Source: a virus
Taxonomy: Duplodnaviria > Caudoviricetes
Length of the DNA stretch: 46,746 nt
Reading direction: 5' to 3' (one strand)
IMG/VR virus record: IMGVR_UViG_3300048852_000128
Location: 1 to 46,746 of that record
Under the pieces are notes generated by a model, which saw only the letters and a program-made list of their open reading frames with translations, was not told the DNA's origin and did not search any database. Shown here one piece after another: positions 37,794 through 46,275 of the stretch (its first letter is position 1; each line of letters begins with the position of its first letter). Both the position numbers and the translations under genes were made by a program.

Positions 37794-38348
37794 ATGCTCG
37801 CAGCATGGCTCCCGCTGATCGGCGTGCTCGCGCCGGAGGCGCTGCGCTGGCTCGCCGGCGACAAGGCCGGCGACACGGCGGCGCGGGTGGTTGACACGGT
37901 GCGCACCATCACTGGGGCCGACACGCCGGAGGCGGCACTCGCCGCCATCCAGGACCCACAGGTGGCGGCGCAGCTCCGTATCCGGCTCGCCGAGATCTCC
38001 GCGGATCTGGAGAAGGTGCAGCGCCAGGCGGAGCGCGACGAGCTGCTGGCGCGGCTCGCCGACGTGGCCAGCGCGCGAAGTCAGACAATCGCGCTGGCGC
38101 AGACCGGATCGCGCATCGCCTGGGGTGCGCCCGTGGTGTCGGTGCTGGTGGCCATTGCCTTTGGCGTGGTGGCCTGGTCGGTGCTGACCAGGGCGGTGCC
38201 AGAGGGCTCCAGGGACATCGCCAACATCATCGTCGGCGGGCTCATCGTCGGCTTCCAGAGCGTGATCAACTTCTGGCTGGGCTCGTCCCATGGCTCCGCG
38301 CGCAAGGACGAGGCGTTGCGCTCCCTCTTGGGAGGGATGCGGCGATGA
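37794..38348 (+). CDS. Holin-like membrane protein
   Basis: AGGAGG RBS; ADVASAR motif, two TM helices and NFWLGSS; overlaps the endolysin start. Confidence 0.7.
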   Translation: MLAAWLPLIGVLAPEALRWLAGDKAGDTAARVVDTVRTITGADTPEAALAAIQDPQVAAQLRIRLAEISADLEKVQRQAERDELLARLADVASARSQTIALAQTGSRIAWGAPVVSVLVAIAFGVVAWSVLTRAVPEGSRDIANIIVGGLIVGFQSVINFWLGSSHGSARKDEALRSLLGGMRR

Positions 38349-39103
38349 CGCTCCTTGCCCGCCTCTCCGCCTTCCTCGGCCTGCGGGAAGCGCCCGCGGC
38401 GCCGGCTGCACTGCCGCCAGGCCACGCCGCGATTCCGGTGGTGGCGATTGGCGATGCCGTCGCCGCGCCGGAGCTAGTGCGCCCCACGCCCGCCATGCTG
38501 CGGGCCCTTGGCGTGCAAGTGGCCGAGGCCTGGGCCGTTGCGCTGGCCCCGGCCTGTCGCACCCACAGCATCACCACCCGGGGGCGCTTGGCGGCCTTCC
38601 TGGCGCAGGTGGGGCATGAATCGGGTGGCTTCCTCCTCCTCGTCGAGAGCCTGGACTACACGCCGGAGGCGCTGCAACTGGTCTGGCCGAGCCGCTTCGA
38701 CGCGGATCTTGCCTGGCGCCTGGGCCGCCGGCCGGGCCATCCGGCGGAGCAGCTGCAGATCGCCGAGATCGCCTATGGCGGCCGCATGGGCAATCGCCCG
38801 GCCGGCACCGGCGATGGCTGGGCGTTCCGGGGGAGGGGGCTGATCCAGCATACCGGCCGCGAGGCCTATGAGCGGGTGGCCGGCTGGACTGGCCTGCCGC
38901 TGGAGGAGGTGGCGGGCTACCTCGAGACGCGCGAGGGCGCGGCCGAAAGTGCGGCGCGCTGGTGGACTGAGATGGGCTGCAACGAGCTTGCGGACGCTGG
39001 GGCCTTCGACGCGATCACCTGGCGCATCAACGGCGGCACGAACGGGAAGGAGGACCGACAGCGGCGCTGGGCTGCGGCGCGGGAGGCGGCGGGGGTGGCG
39101 TAG
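38345..39103 (+). CDS. Endolysin, glycoside hydrolase family 19
   Basis: AAFLAQVGHESG, GDGWAFRGRGLIQHTGR and INGGTNG motifs. Confidence 0.92.
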   Translation: MTLLARLSAFLGLREAPAAPAALPPGHAAIPVVAIGDAVAAPELVRPTPAMLRALGVQVAEAWAVALAPACRTHSITTRGRLAAFLAQVGHESGGFLLLVESLDYTPEALQLVWPSRFDADLAWRLGRRPGHPAEQLQIAEIAYGGRMGNRPAGTGDGWAFRGRGLIQHTGREAYERVAGWTGLPLEEVAGYLETREGAAESAARWWTEMGCNELADAGAFDAITWRINGGTNGKEDRQRRWAAAREAAGVA

Positions 39104-39120
39104 CTCTGGCCGAGGATCCG

Positions 39121-39939
39121 CTAGCCGGGCACCCCTTCGACGACAGCTGTGCAAGGCACCGGAAGAAAGTAGTTCTTCCCAACCGAGACCAGTTTCTCGC
39201 CGCCGGCGGAATAGGTGAACCGACCCTTGGTGGCATCCTCGAATACCTGCTCGCAGCCCGGCACGATCCTCTCGTGCAGCTCGATCATCAATATGTCGGT
39301 CTTCTCTAACCAACTGTGTCGCATCAGGAGCCTGTGCTCAGCGCCCTCAACATCCATCTTACAGATCGTAATTCGATCGCAGCCATAAAGATCTATTAGA
39401 CGGTCAAGGGAGATCGCCTCGACCTTCTGAATGAACTGCGCTGGCCGGTCCGCGGGATTTTCTACTACGGTGAAGCCCCACTCACCCGTGCCTCTGTTCA
39501 TTAGATCGACATGCCCGCCCTCTGAATGTGGAAGGAGGGCGGCGTTGTGAGCGACGATATTCGCGTGACGTCTGGTGTTTCTTTTTAGAAGCTCGAAGTT
39601 CTCTTGGGCTGGCTCAATGGAAACGACGGTCGCGTTGGGATACATCTCCGCCAGGGCAATGGCAGCAGTCCCGATGTATCCGCCGGCGTCGATGATCAGC
39701 CCCATATGCGATTTTGGATAAGCACGGTCCAGGCAGGAATATTCACCGCCAAGCGACGAAACTGCGACTTCCAAGTCGGAAGTTGTGGTTCTGATGTATA
39801 TGTCCTGCCCGAGGACATTGACCGGCAGGACGGCCCGCCTACCAATCCTTCCATAAATAAAGATACGGAGCAGGACGGACAGCGGGTTTGTCTTAGAGAT
39901 ACGCTTTAGCGCGCGCAGCTCCTTTTTAATCCTCTTCAC
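39121..39939 (-). CDS. FkbM-family SAM-dependent methyltransferase
   Basis: IIDAGGYIG, SIEP, KMDVEGAE and IELH motifs; lower GC. Confidence 0.9.
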   Translation of the reverse strand: MKRIKKELRALKRISKTNPLSVLLRIFIYGRIGRRAVLPVNVLGQDIYIRTTTSDLEVAVSSLGGEYSCLDRAYPKSHMGLIIDAGGYIGTAAIALAEMYPNATVVSIEPAQENFELLKRNTRRHANIVAHNAALLPHSEGGHVDLMNRGTGEWGFTVVENPADRPAQFIQKVEAISLDRLIDLYGCDRITICKMDVEGAEHRLLMRHSWLEKTDILMIELHERIVPGCEQVFEDATKGRFTYSAGGEKLVSVGKNYFLPVPCTAVVEGVPG

Positions 39940-40099
39940 CCCGGGCCCCTCTCCGCTCCACAGGGCGCGATCCTACTACGTGGGTGCAGCCTGGTGGAAT
40001 TCACCCATCGCCAGCGGGCCAAGGCCGAAGCGATGGTGGCCTCATGATGGTGTGGCTGCTGGTGAGACCAGTGGAGATGTAGGCGCTGGCAGCAGTGGC

Positions 40100-40264
40100 C
40101 TAGCCGCCGTTCGTGTCCTGCCGCGCTAGGTCTGGCTGCTTGGCCTGCCACTGAGCCAGCGGCAACTCGTCCCAGTGGTGGGCTGCGTATCGCAGCGCCT
40201 CCCGCCCCGCGATGCAGATCAGGAACGCCGTGATTGCAGCGTAGATGCAGTCTCGGGGCCTCAT
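40100..40264 (-). CDS. Small membrane-associated hypothetical protein
   Basis: MRPRDCIYAAITAFLICIAG..., one hydrophobic helix. Confidence 0.4.
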   Translation of the reverse strand: MRPRDCIYAAITAFLICIAGREALRYAAHHWDELPLAQWQAKQPDLARQDTNGG

Positions 40265-40380
40265 CTCTCGCAACTCTGGCACGCGCATTCCCCAATCGGG
40301 CGGGCGACGCGGGCCGCGTCATCCAATCCGTCCAACTTTGGCAACGTGCAGGTTTGAATGCAACCGTGGGTTTGGTCGGA

Positions 40381-40581
40381 TCATTGCAGCGGGCGGGCGG
40401 CTGCCGCAGCCTTCAGGGCATCCCGCAGCTCCCCAAGCGCCCGTTCCGCGCTATCGAGATCGAGGAGCCGGTTGCGGGGTAGCTCGGCTAGATCCTCCAC
40501 CGTCCGCTCCCGGAAGGCCTGTGTGGCGTCCACCTAGGCTGCCAGGGGCTGGGCCAGCCGGGCGTCAGCGTCTCCCATCAT
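40381..40581 (-). pseudogene. 67-codon ORF interrupted by an in-frame TAG
   Basis: GGAGAG RBS, MMGDADARLAQPLAA*VDATQAFRERTVEDLAELPRNRLLDLDSAERALGELRDALKAAAAARPLQ; stop at 40534-40536. Confidence 0.5.
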
Positions 40582-40591
40582 CTTCTCTCCG

Positions 40592-40803
40592 GGCCTGCGG
40601 CTGGCGGAGGTGGCGGGCTACCTCGAAACGCGCGAGGGCGCGGCCGAGAGTGCGGCGCGCTGGTGGTCCGAGATGGGCTGCAACGAGCTCACCGACGCCG
40701 GCGCCTTCGACAGCATCAGCAAGCGGATCAATGGCGGGACGAATGGGCTGGAGGACCGTCAGCGTCGCTGGGCGGCGCAGGAGGTGATGGGGGTGGCGTA
40801 GCT
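40592..40803 (+). repeat. Diverged second copy of the endolysin 3' end
   Basis: Aligns by eye with 38891-39105; frame still open (EVAGYLETREGAAESAARWWSEMGCNEL...INGGTNG...GVA-stop), one codon shorter. Confidence 0.92.
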
Positions 40804-40818
40804 GCAGCTCGACTGCCG

Positions 40819-41424
40819 TCAAGTCCTGCGGCCACGCCCTTTCTTCGCCTGCTCAATTTGATCAACGTCCTGCAGGAACTGGTCGCGGCGCTTCAGTAAT
40901 TCTTCCCACACGAAATCGGGAAATATCCACGGCCAGTAGTCTTGGTTACCTGTACCGGCGCCCGATATCACCAACCCCTTAGTTTCTAGGCTCCGTCCAG
41001 GGTGGGAGTAGATATAGCAGAACAGCGTCTGTGATTTCGATCGAAGCGCGCGTGTGATAAAAAGCTTCTCGTCCTCTCCAAGATATTCCAGGCGCCGCAA
41101 TACATTGGCCCGTCCTTCTTCGGTCTCTTTCTGCCTTCTGGCTTCCTCTGCTTCAGTTCTGCGTTTCTCCTCTTCAGATTTAGCTGCGCGCCGGGATTCC
41201 ATATCACGCCGCGCAAGGTACCTGCGGACTATTTTGTTGATAGCGTCCAGCGCCTTGCCGATTGCGAGCGCCGCGAAGACGATCATTGAGAGTTCTGCAA
41301 TCCACCGCCATTCGTGCGGCACGATGCTGTGCGCGAGATAGGAGGCACCTGCCAGGGCCGCATAGACCGGTACGCTCCCTTGCGACAGAACCTTCTCATA
41401 CAAGGCCGAGATGTCGGAAAGCAC
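40819..41424 (-). CDS. SieB-like superinfection exclusion protein
   Basis: Two N-terminal TM helices, charged coiled coil, then LEYLGEDEK...LETKGLV. Confidence 0.6.
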   Translation of the reverse strand: MLSDISALYEKVLSQGSVPVYAALAGASYLAHSIVPHEWRWIAELSMIVFAALAIGKALDAINKIVRRYLARRDMESRRAAKSEEEKRRTEAEEARRQKETEEGRANVLRRLEYLGEDEKLFITRALRSKSQTLFCYIYSHPGRSLETKGLVISGAGTGNQDYWPWIFPDFVWEELLKRRDQFLQDVDQIEQAKKGRGRRT

Positions 41425-41466
41425 GCTTGTGACCTCGCAATTTTGCCTGCGGTGCGCCCGTTGGCT

Positions 41467-41892
41467 TCAGGCCGCCCTGTCTCGCCGAAGCCGCTCCCGC
41501 ACTGCCTCTGCGATCAGGCCTGACCGCGACGTGCCGGCTGCAGCTGCTGCTGCGTCCAAGCGCGCCAGGAGAGCCTCATCCATGGTGATGTTCGCGCGCA
41601 CTGCTTTGCCCGGGATCTCCACTGGGATCAGCGCGACGGTGTAAGGGCCGCCGACGTCATCGCCAGCCAGCCAATCTGGCAGTGGCGCATCCGGGGAGGA
41701 GGGCTCTGGCAGAGTCTCGCCATCCTGCACCATGCCTTCGATGTGCAGGGCGAGCGCTTCCGCTGCCGCCACCGAGGCCTCTTGGGCGGTATCGCCGGCG
41801 CTGACGCAGCCGGGCAGGTCGGGGAAGATCACGCCGAAGCCGATGCCGCTCGGATTGGCCTGGAGAAGGGCTGGATAGTAGCGCAAGGGCAT
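41467..41892 (-). CDS. hicB: HicB antitoxin
   Basis: FPDLPGCVSAGDT...AAEAL and C-terminal RHH (RANITMDEALLARLD...SRSGLIAEA). Confidence 0.93.
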   Translation of the reverse strand: MPLRYYPALLQANPSGIGFGVIFPDLPGCVSAGDTAQEASVAAAEALALHIEGMVQDGETLPEPSSPDAPLPDWLAGDDVGGPYTVALIPVEIPGKAVRANITMDEALLARLDAAAAAAGTSRSGLIAEAVRERLRRDRAA

Positions 41893-42092
41893 TAGCGCCT
41901 CCTTAGTTGAAGGCCGGACTGCCGCTCGATGGAGGCGACCACGAAGGTCGGCAGGTCGGCATTGGAGCCATGGAACGGGACAGTCACGCGGCCCGGCTTG
42001 GTCGGGTGGGTGTACTGGCGGTGACCACCCTTGGCCTTCGCCTCGACCCACCCGTCGGCCTCAAGGGCCTTAATCACGTCCCGTGTCTTCAT
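41892..42092 (-). CDS. hicA: HicA toxin (mRNA interferase)
   Basis: LEADGW...KGGHRQYTHP...VTVPFH; TAATG coupling to hicB. Confidence 0.93.
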   Translation of the reverse strand: MKTRDVIKALEADGWVEAKAKGGHRQYTHPTKPGRVTVPFHGSNADLPTFVVASIERQSGLQLRRR

Positions 42093-42153
42093 GCGCATAA
42101 TATGCGCATATCTTCGGTTGTGTGGCAAGGCAAAATACGCACGTTATGCGCAT
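42091..42153 (-). promoter_or_regulatory. Putative HicB operator palindromes
   Basis: ATGCGCATA-A-TATGCGCAT (42091-42109) and a degenerate copy ATACGCACG-T-TATGCGCAT (42135-42153). Confidence 0.6.
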
Positions 42154-42411
42154 TCTCTGCTCTGCCTCGCGGGCGGGGTGGGCAATGGCGGGGGTGACGC
42201 GCGTCTTGGCCTGACCGAGGTTACCGCGCTCGCTGTGCGGTCAAGTTGCCAGCGTGCGCGAAGGCTGCGGCGGACGCCAGCCACTCCAGCCAGCGCGGCC
42301 AGCCAGATGGAGCGGTGAGGTAGCGGATCGTGTGGCCCTCCTCTGGGCGATTGTCAGATTCGTTCTGCGCCTGCAAGTTGATGGACGACAGTGATGGCTT
42401 GGTGGAGCTGC

Positions 42412-43593
42412 ATGACTGTGCCTGACTGGACTCCGGTTGCTATCCTGCCGAACGTCGAGGTGCGTGAGCCGGTCGAGGCTGGGGGCGCCGCGCTCGTGCG
42501 GGCTGACGATGAACGCGTCATGTTGCTGCGGGGGCGCCAGCCCGCGCTCGAACACGTCCTGGGCTCATTTACCGACGCCTTCGGCCGGCACATCGTCCCT
42601 GGGGTGCTCCTGACAGATGGCGACCCCCGAGAGCTCTTTCGCCTCGGAGGCTCCTTGGCATCGCTGCGCGATGCCATCGCGCTCTCGGTCGTGCCGCGCG
42701 CACGGGCCAGGTCCATCGTCTACGAACGCGCTTCCGAAAACACATACTCAAACATCTTCGCTTTCTATCCCTGGATGGTCGACCGCTACGGAGAGCACTT
42801 GGTCGCGTTCACGCCATCGGTGACGGCCATCGATGAGTGGCAGGACTTTGCCGGGCAGGTGACCCCCGGGATTGTTCAAGGCGATCTGTCGAGCTTGGCC
42901 ATCGACCAACCGCTGCTCCGTGTGCTGCTCGCCCGCTGGCAAGCGACCGTCGGTGTTGCTGAACCGCCGTGGAGCGACCTCGCGCTATTCCGTTCACTCA
43001 ATATGGCCAACCAAGCATGCATGATGCCGACGGCGGCCTCCGACACGACCCTTTATGATGTCGGACGGACGATCGCGCTCTGGGTGAGCGCATTCGAGAT
43101 CCTTGTGCATACCGGTAGTGCTCGTGGTTCCGGTCGTGCTCAGGTGATCAAGGTTCTTGACGACGCGCCTTGGCTGAGCAGGCGCTGCGGGGAGCGGACG
43201 TCCCTGGTGCCTGCTCTGCGGGATAATCAGCCCGCCACGATGAACACCTTGGCGTCTTTGCTCTACGCCCGTTTGTACGCGGTCAGGAACGCGTTCCTGC
43301 ACGGCAACGCTGTTAATCCGAGCATGCTGAGGACTGAGAACGGCCACACGCCGCTGTCCACTGTCGCGGCACCGCTGTATCGAATGGCGCTGTTAAGCTT
43401 TCTCCGAGGGACAGAACTCAGTCAGCTGGCGGCCGAATCCGGTCCCGACGAATTGGCCGGGACGTCCATCGAATCCCGGGCGGCCTTAGACATCATCACC
43501 CATGACTTGATCGAGAGGGCGCTGAGGGTGGCAGTCGATGGTCCCTTGGGCCGCGGTCACTGCAGCCCGCGGCAGGCGCCTAGATCTGCTTGA
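42412..43593 (+). CDS. HEPN-motif protein (ApeA-like architecture)
   Basis: GGAG RBS; LWVSAFEIL helix and RNAFLH (Rx4H) in the C-terminal domain. Confidence 0.75.
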   Translation: MTVPDWTPVAILPNVEVREPVEAGGAALVRADDERVMLLRGRQPALEHVLGSFTDAFGRHIVPGVLLTDGDPRELFRLGGSLASLRDAIALSVVPRARARSIVYERASENTYSNIFAFYPWMVDRYGEHLVAFTPSVTAIDEWQDFAGQVTPGIVQGDLSSLAIDQPLLRVLLARWQATVGVAEPPWSDLALFRSLNMANQACMMPTAASDTTLYDVGRTIALWVSAFEILVHTGSARGSGRAQVIKVLDDAPWLSRRCGERTSLVPALRDNQPATMNTLASLLYARLYAVRNAFLHGNAVNPSMLRTENGHTPLSTVAAPLYRMALLSFLRGTELSQLAAESGPDELAGTSIESRAALDIITHDLIERALRVAVDGPLGRGHCSPRQAPRSA

Positions 43594-44366
43594 TGCCAGA
43601 CGCGAAGAATCGAATGGAAACGGAGCTAACAACTGAGGGGTGCTTGTCCAACCCCGTTGTATGGTGCCAAGCCGTGGTGAAGCAGTTATCGCTCGCCGTG
43701 AAGAGCGCGATTATGGATCGCGCAATGATGGAAGCAGCAAATTCGGATACAGATCTGATTGAGGCTTTCCATCAAACTGTGCAGGCGCACGGACTGGGGA
43801 TAATCCGGTTCTCCTTAACGCAGTCTCTGCTGATAAAGACTGTGCGCTGTTGGGACCATAAGGGTCGGGGCCGTAAGGGCAAAGGCGAGCGTGCCAGTCT
43901 TCCGTCTCTGCTGCATGCGCTCCAGCAGACAAGCGTAGCCGACAATCTAATGGAGCTCGCCGCCGACTGGCACCCTGACATGAACCGCGCGGAGCGTAAT
44001 CGAGAAATTTTCCGCAATCAGCTAGCCGTCCTAGTGGCTGGCATCGAGGAACAAGACCGAGAAGATCGGAAAGAGCGGCGTGACCGATTGGTCAAATACC
44101 GAGACACTTTCATAGCTCACAACCTTATCAGGTTGCCGCCCGAGATGCCGATATACGATGACATCTTCGGGCTTCTGGATGAGACCATTCCACTGGTCGA
44201 AGCCGCTTCAGTCGCTGTTCTAGGCCACGATCAGGATCTCAGCGGCTGTCGCGAAGTGAGTGAGGTGCACGCCTGGCAGTTCTGGGCATCAGTCCGTGCT
44301 GGCCAACTTTATGTCCGCCGGAGGGAACGCGCGCGCGACCGCCTGGCCGAGGACCCGCATACCTGA
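43593..44366 (+). CDS. HEPN-motif protein (AbiU2-like)
   Basis: TGATG coupling; ASLPSL and YRDTFIAHN (Rx5H). Confidence 0.7.
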   Translation: MPDAKNRMETELTTEGCLSNPVVWCQAVVKQLSLAVKSAIMDRAMMEAANSDTDLIEAFHQTVQAHGLGIIRFSLTQSLLIKTVRCWDHKGRGRKGKGERASLPSLLHALQQTSVADNLMELAADWHPDMNRAERNREIFRNQLAVLVAGIEEQDREDRKERRDRLVKYRDTFIAHNLIRLPPEMPIYDDIFGLLDETIPLVEAASVAVLGHDQDLSGCREVSEVHAWQFWASVRAGQLYVRRRERARDRLAEDPHT

Positions 44367-44402
44367 GACAAGGACCCATCGCTGGACCGTCCAAACACCA
44401 CG

Positions 44403-45092
44403 CTATGTTGCTACCTCAACCCGCTCAGCGAGCCCTGGATCATCCTCGCTGACCCGCCCGACCCGCGGCGACACGGGCCACATGGCGAGCTCCGGCGGCG
44501 CGTCAGGGCCGAAGAGCGCCGCTAGGTCGTTGATCTCCGTGTCGGGATCCAGCCAAGCATCCCATGCATCGTCGCGCAGCATCACCGGCATCCTGGTGTG
44601 GATCGGCCGCAGCTGCTGATTCGCCTCGGTGGTGACGATGGTGAAGGTCCGCAGGATCTCCCCGTCAGGCGAGCGCCAGCCCTCCCACAGCCCGGCGAAG
44701 GCCAGCATGCCCCGGTCGGCCGCGGCGACGCAGTACGGCTGCTTCGGAGCCTTGGGTGCTGGGGCGGCGAGCCACTCATAGAATCCGGTCGCCGGCACCA
44801 GGCAGCGGCGCTTGCGGAAGGCGTCCCGGAAGGTCGGCAGCGTCGCGACGGTCTCGGCTCGAGCATTGATCGCCCGGGCGCCGGCGGTAGCGTCCTTTGC
44901 CCAGCGCGGCACTAACCCCCAGCGCAACGCGTCGAGGCGGCGTTCCGCCGTCTCCGGGTGTCGCCGCACCACCAGCGTGTCCTGAGTTGGAGCGATGTTC
45001 CACGACGGTCGGGTGTTGGGCGTCGGGCCCGCGGTTCTGAAGGTCGCTGCCACCTCGGCGGCGGATCTGGACTGCTGGAAACGTCCGCACAT
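44403..45092 (-). CDS. SOS response-associated peptidase (SRAP family)
   Basis: MCGRF start with Cys2, NIAPTQ, INARAET, GFYEW, IHTRMPV. Confidence 0.95.
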   Translation of the reverse strand: MCGRFQQSRSAAEVAATFRTAGPTPNTRPSWNIAPTQDTLVVRRHPETAERRLDALRWGLVPRWAKDATAGARAINARAETVATLPTFRDAFRKRRCLVPATGFYEWLAAPAPKAPKQPYCVAAADRGMLAFAGLWEGWRSPDGEILRTFTIVTTEANQQLRPIHTRMPVMLRDDAWDAWLDPDTEINDLAALFGPDAPPELAMWPVSPRVGRVSEDDPGLAERVEVAT

Positions 45093-45105
45093 TAGAGCCT
45101 CGCTG

Positions 45106-45357
45106 TCACCACTGTCCCCATCCTATCGGCGGCAGCATCTCGGTCTCCACTGGTCGGGCCTTGCACGCGTGGCATCTCAGACGCTCTGCCAACTGCCAGA
45201 CCTTGGCATCGCGGGGCTGGCCAACGAACAGGTCCGCGATCAGGAACGTCTCGCGGCGCCCACATCCGCAGGTCACCTTGAGCCGGGCATTGGCGGCATG
45301 CCACAGCGGGGAGACGGGGGTAGGCCGGCCGTCGAGGGCGTTGTTGGACTTGCCCAT
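45106..45357 (-). CDS. Small zinc-ribbon protein
   Basis: TCGCGR and RLRCHAC motifs; GGAGGAAGG RBS. Confidence 0.7.
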   Translation of the reverse strand: MGKSNNALDGRPTPVSPLWHAANARLKVTCGCGRRETFLIADLFVGQPRDAKVWQLAERLRCHACKARPVETEMLPPIGWGQW

Positions 45358-45404
45358 GGCCCGAGGCCTTCCTCCATCTCCTCAGCGTCCGAAAGCCAAG
45401 GCGT

Positions 45405-45914
45405 TCAGTCCCGCGCGCGCGGCATCGGCGGCGCGCACCAAGGATCATCGCGTCCACCGCTCAGGGCCTGCCGTGGCCGCGCCCTGCCGCGAATGAGCTG
45501 GAAATTCGAGCGGAGAAGATGCTCAGCGAGCTGGGCGGCGGCGAGCGGCGCCAGGTGTTCATGGCCTGTCCGCCGTGGCTTCCCTTCAAGGTTGAAGCGG
45601 AGCGCGTAGGACAGGGTCTGAGCGAGTTCCTCGCGGGTGGCGAGCCGAGGTGCGTCTTGGGCGGCCGCATCGGCAGGGGCGGCTGTCAGCCCCTCTGCGT
45701 CGCCGATGACCCATGCCACCGCCTCCTCCACCATGGTCATGGGCAGGGCGGGGTGGAGGGCGATCAGCCGCTCACGTACGTCCTGCGCTGCGCTTCGGGC
45801 GTCCCGGCCCCAGGCGAAAGCCTGCCGCGCGATTCCGTCCAGTGCGTTCAGCATCGCCGAGCCCAGCCATGGTGGAGGCGCTGGCCGGGGCGCCCGAGGG
45901 TAGTCTTCGGTCAT
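45405..45914 (-). CDS. Hypothetical protein, first gene of the putative SOS operon
   Basis: 169-aa ORF, GGGGA RBS, LexA-type box just upstream. Confidence 0.6.
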   Translation of the reverse strand: MTEDYPRAPRPAPPPWLGSAMLNALDGIARQAFAWGRDARSAAQDVRERLIALHPALPMTMVEEAVAWVIGDAEGLTAAPADAAAQDAPRLATREELAQTLSYALRFNLEGKPRRTGHEHLAPLAAAQLAEHLLRSNFQLIRGRARPRQALSGGRDDPWCAPPMPRARD

Positions 45915-45937
45915 GCCGGACGATTCCCCAGAAACCA

Positions 45938-45952
45938 GAACGGAGCAAGAAC
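45938..45952 (-). promoter_or_regulatory. Alphaproteobacterial LexA (SOS) box
   Basis: GAAC-GGAGCAA-GAAC (GTTC-N7-GTTC on the minus strand), upstream of an operon ending in SRAP. Confidence 0.75.
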
Positions 45953-46133
45953 TCAGTGGCGGCGGGGAGCTACGTGACCGGGAGGTCCGATAGGGCGGCG
46001 CGGCGGATGAACAGGCGGGCCGTCGCTACCCGGCGGCTTCTAGGGTTGGAAAAAGAGGCGCAACCTATTGATCTGTCGTGCGGCGATTTGTAGGGTTGGA
46101 AGGCTTAAGTAGTTGGCTGGCAACGAGAAGCGC

Positions 46134-46152
46134 ACTCCTTTCGGGCGCGCCA
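46134..46152 (+). other. attR-like core: isolated tRNA 3' end
   Basis: ACTCCTTTCGGGCGCGCCA (followed by TTCTC) closely matches the tRNA-Arg 3' end AATCCTCTCGGGCGCGCCA (also followed by TTCTC). Confidence 0.75.
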
Positions 46153-46192
46153 TTCTCCTTCCTGCCGGCATCACCCAGGGCCATTCCCTCGG

Positions 46193-46269
46193 GCGCCCGT
46201 AGCTCAACTGGATAGAGCATCAGACTACGGATCTGAGGGTTAGGGGTTCGAATCCTCTCGGGCGCGCCA
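46193..46269 (+). tRNA. tRNA-Arg(ACG)
   Basis: Acceptor stem GCGCCCG/CGGGCGC, anticodon arm TCAGA-CTACGGA-TCTGA, T-loop GTTCGAATC, encoded CCA. Confidence 0.97.
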
Positions 46270-46275
46270 TTCTCT

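Larger units (their letters stand above)
1..46152. mobile_element. Temperate prophage (lambda-like head, Mu-like contractile tail); left end outside the window
   Basis: Ordered immunity, replication, terminase, portal, capsid, sheath, baseplate and lysis modules, ending at a duplicated tRNA 3' end at 46134-46152. Confidence 0.95.

Noticed and set aside
38891-40803. Diversity-generating retroelement TR/VR pair
   Set aside because: Differences between the copies are not adenine-specific and include a codon indel; there is no reverse transcriptase in the window
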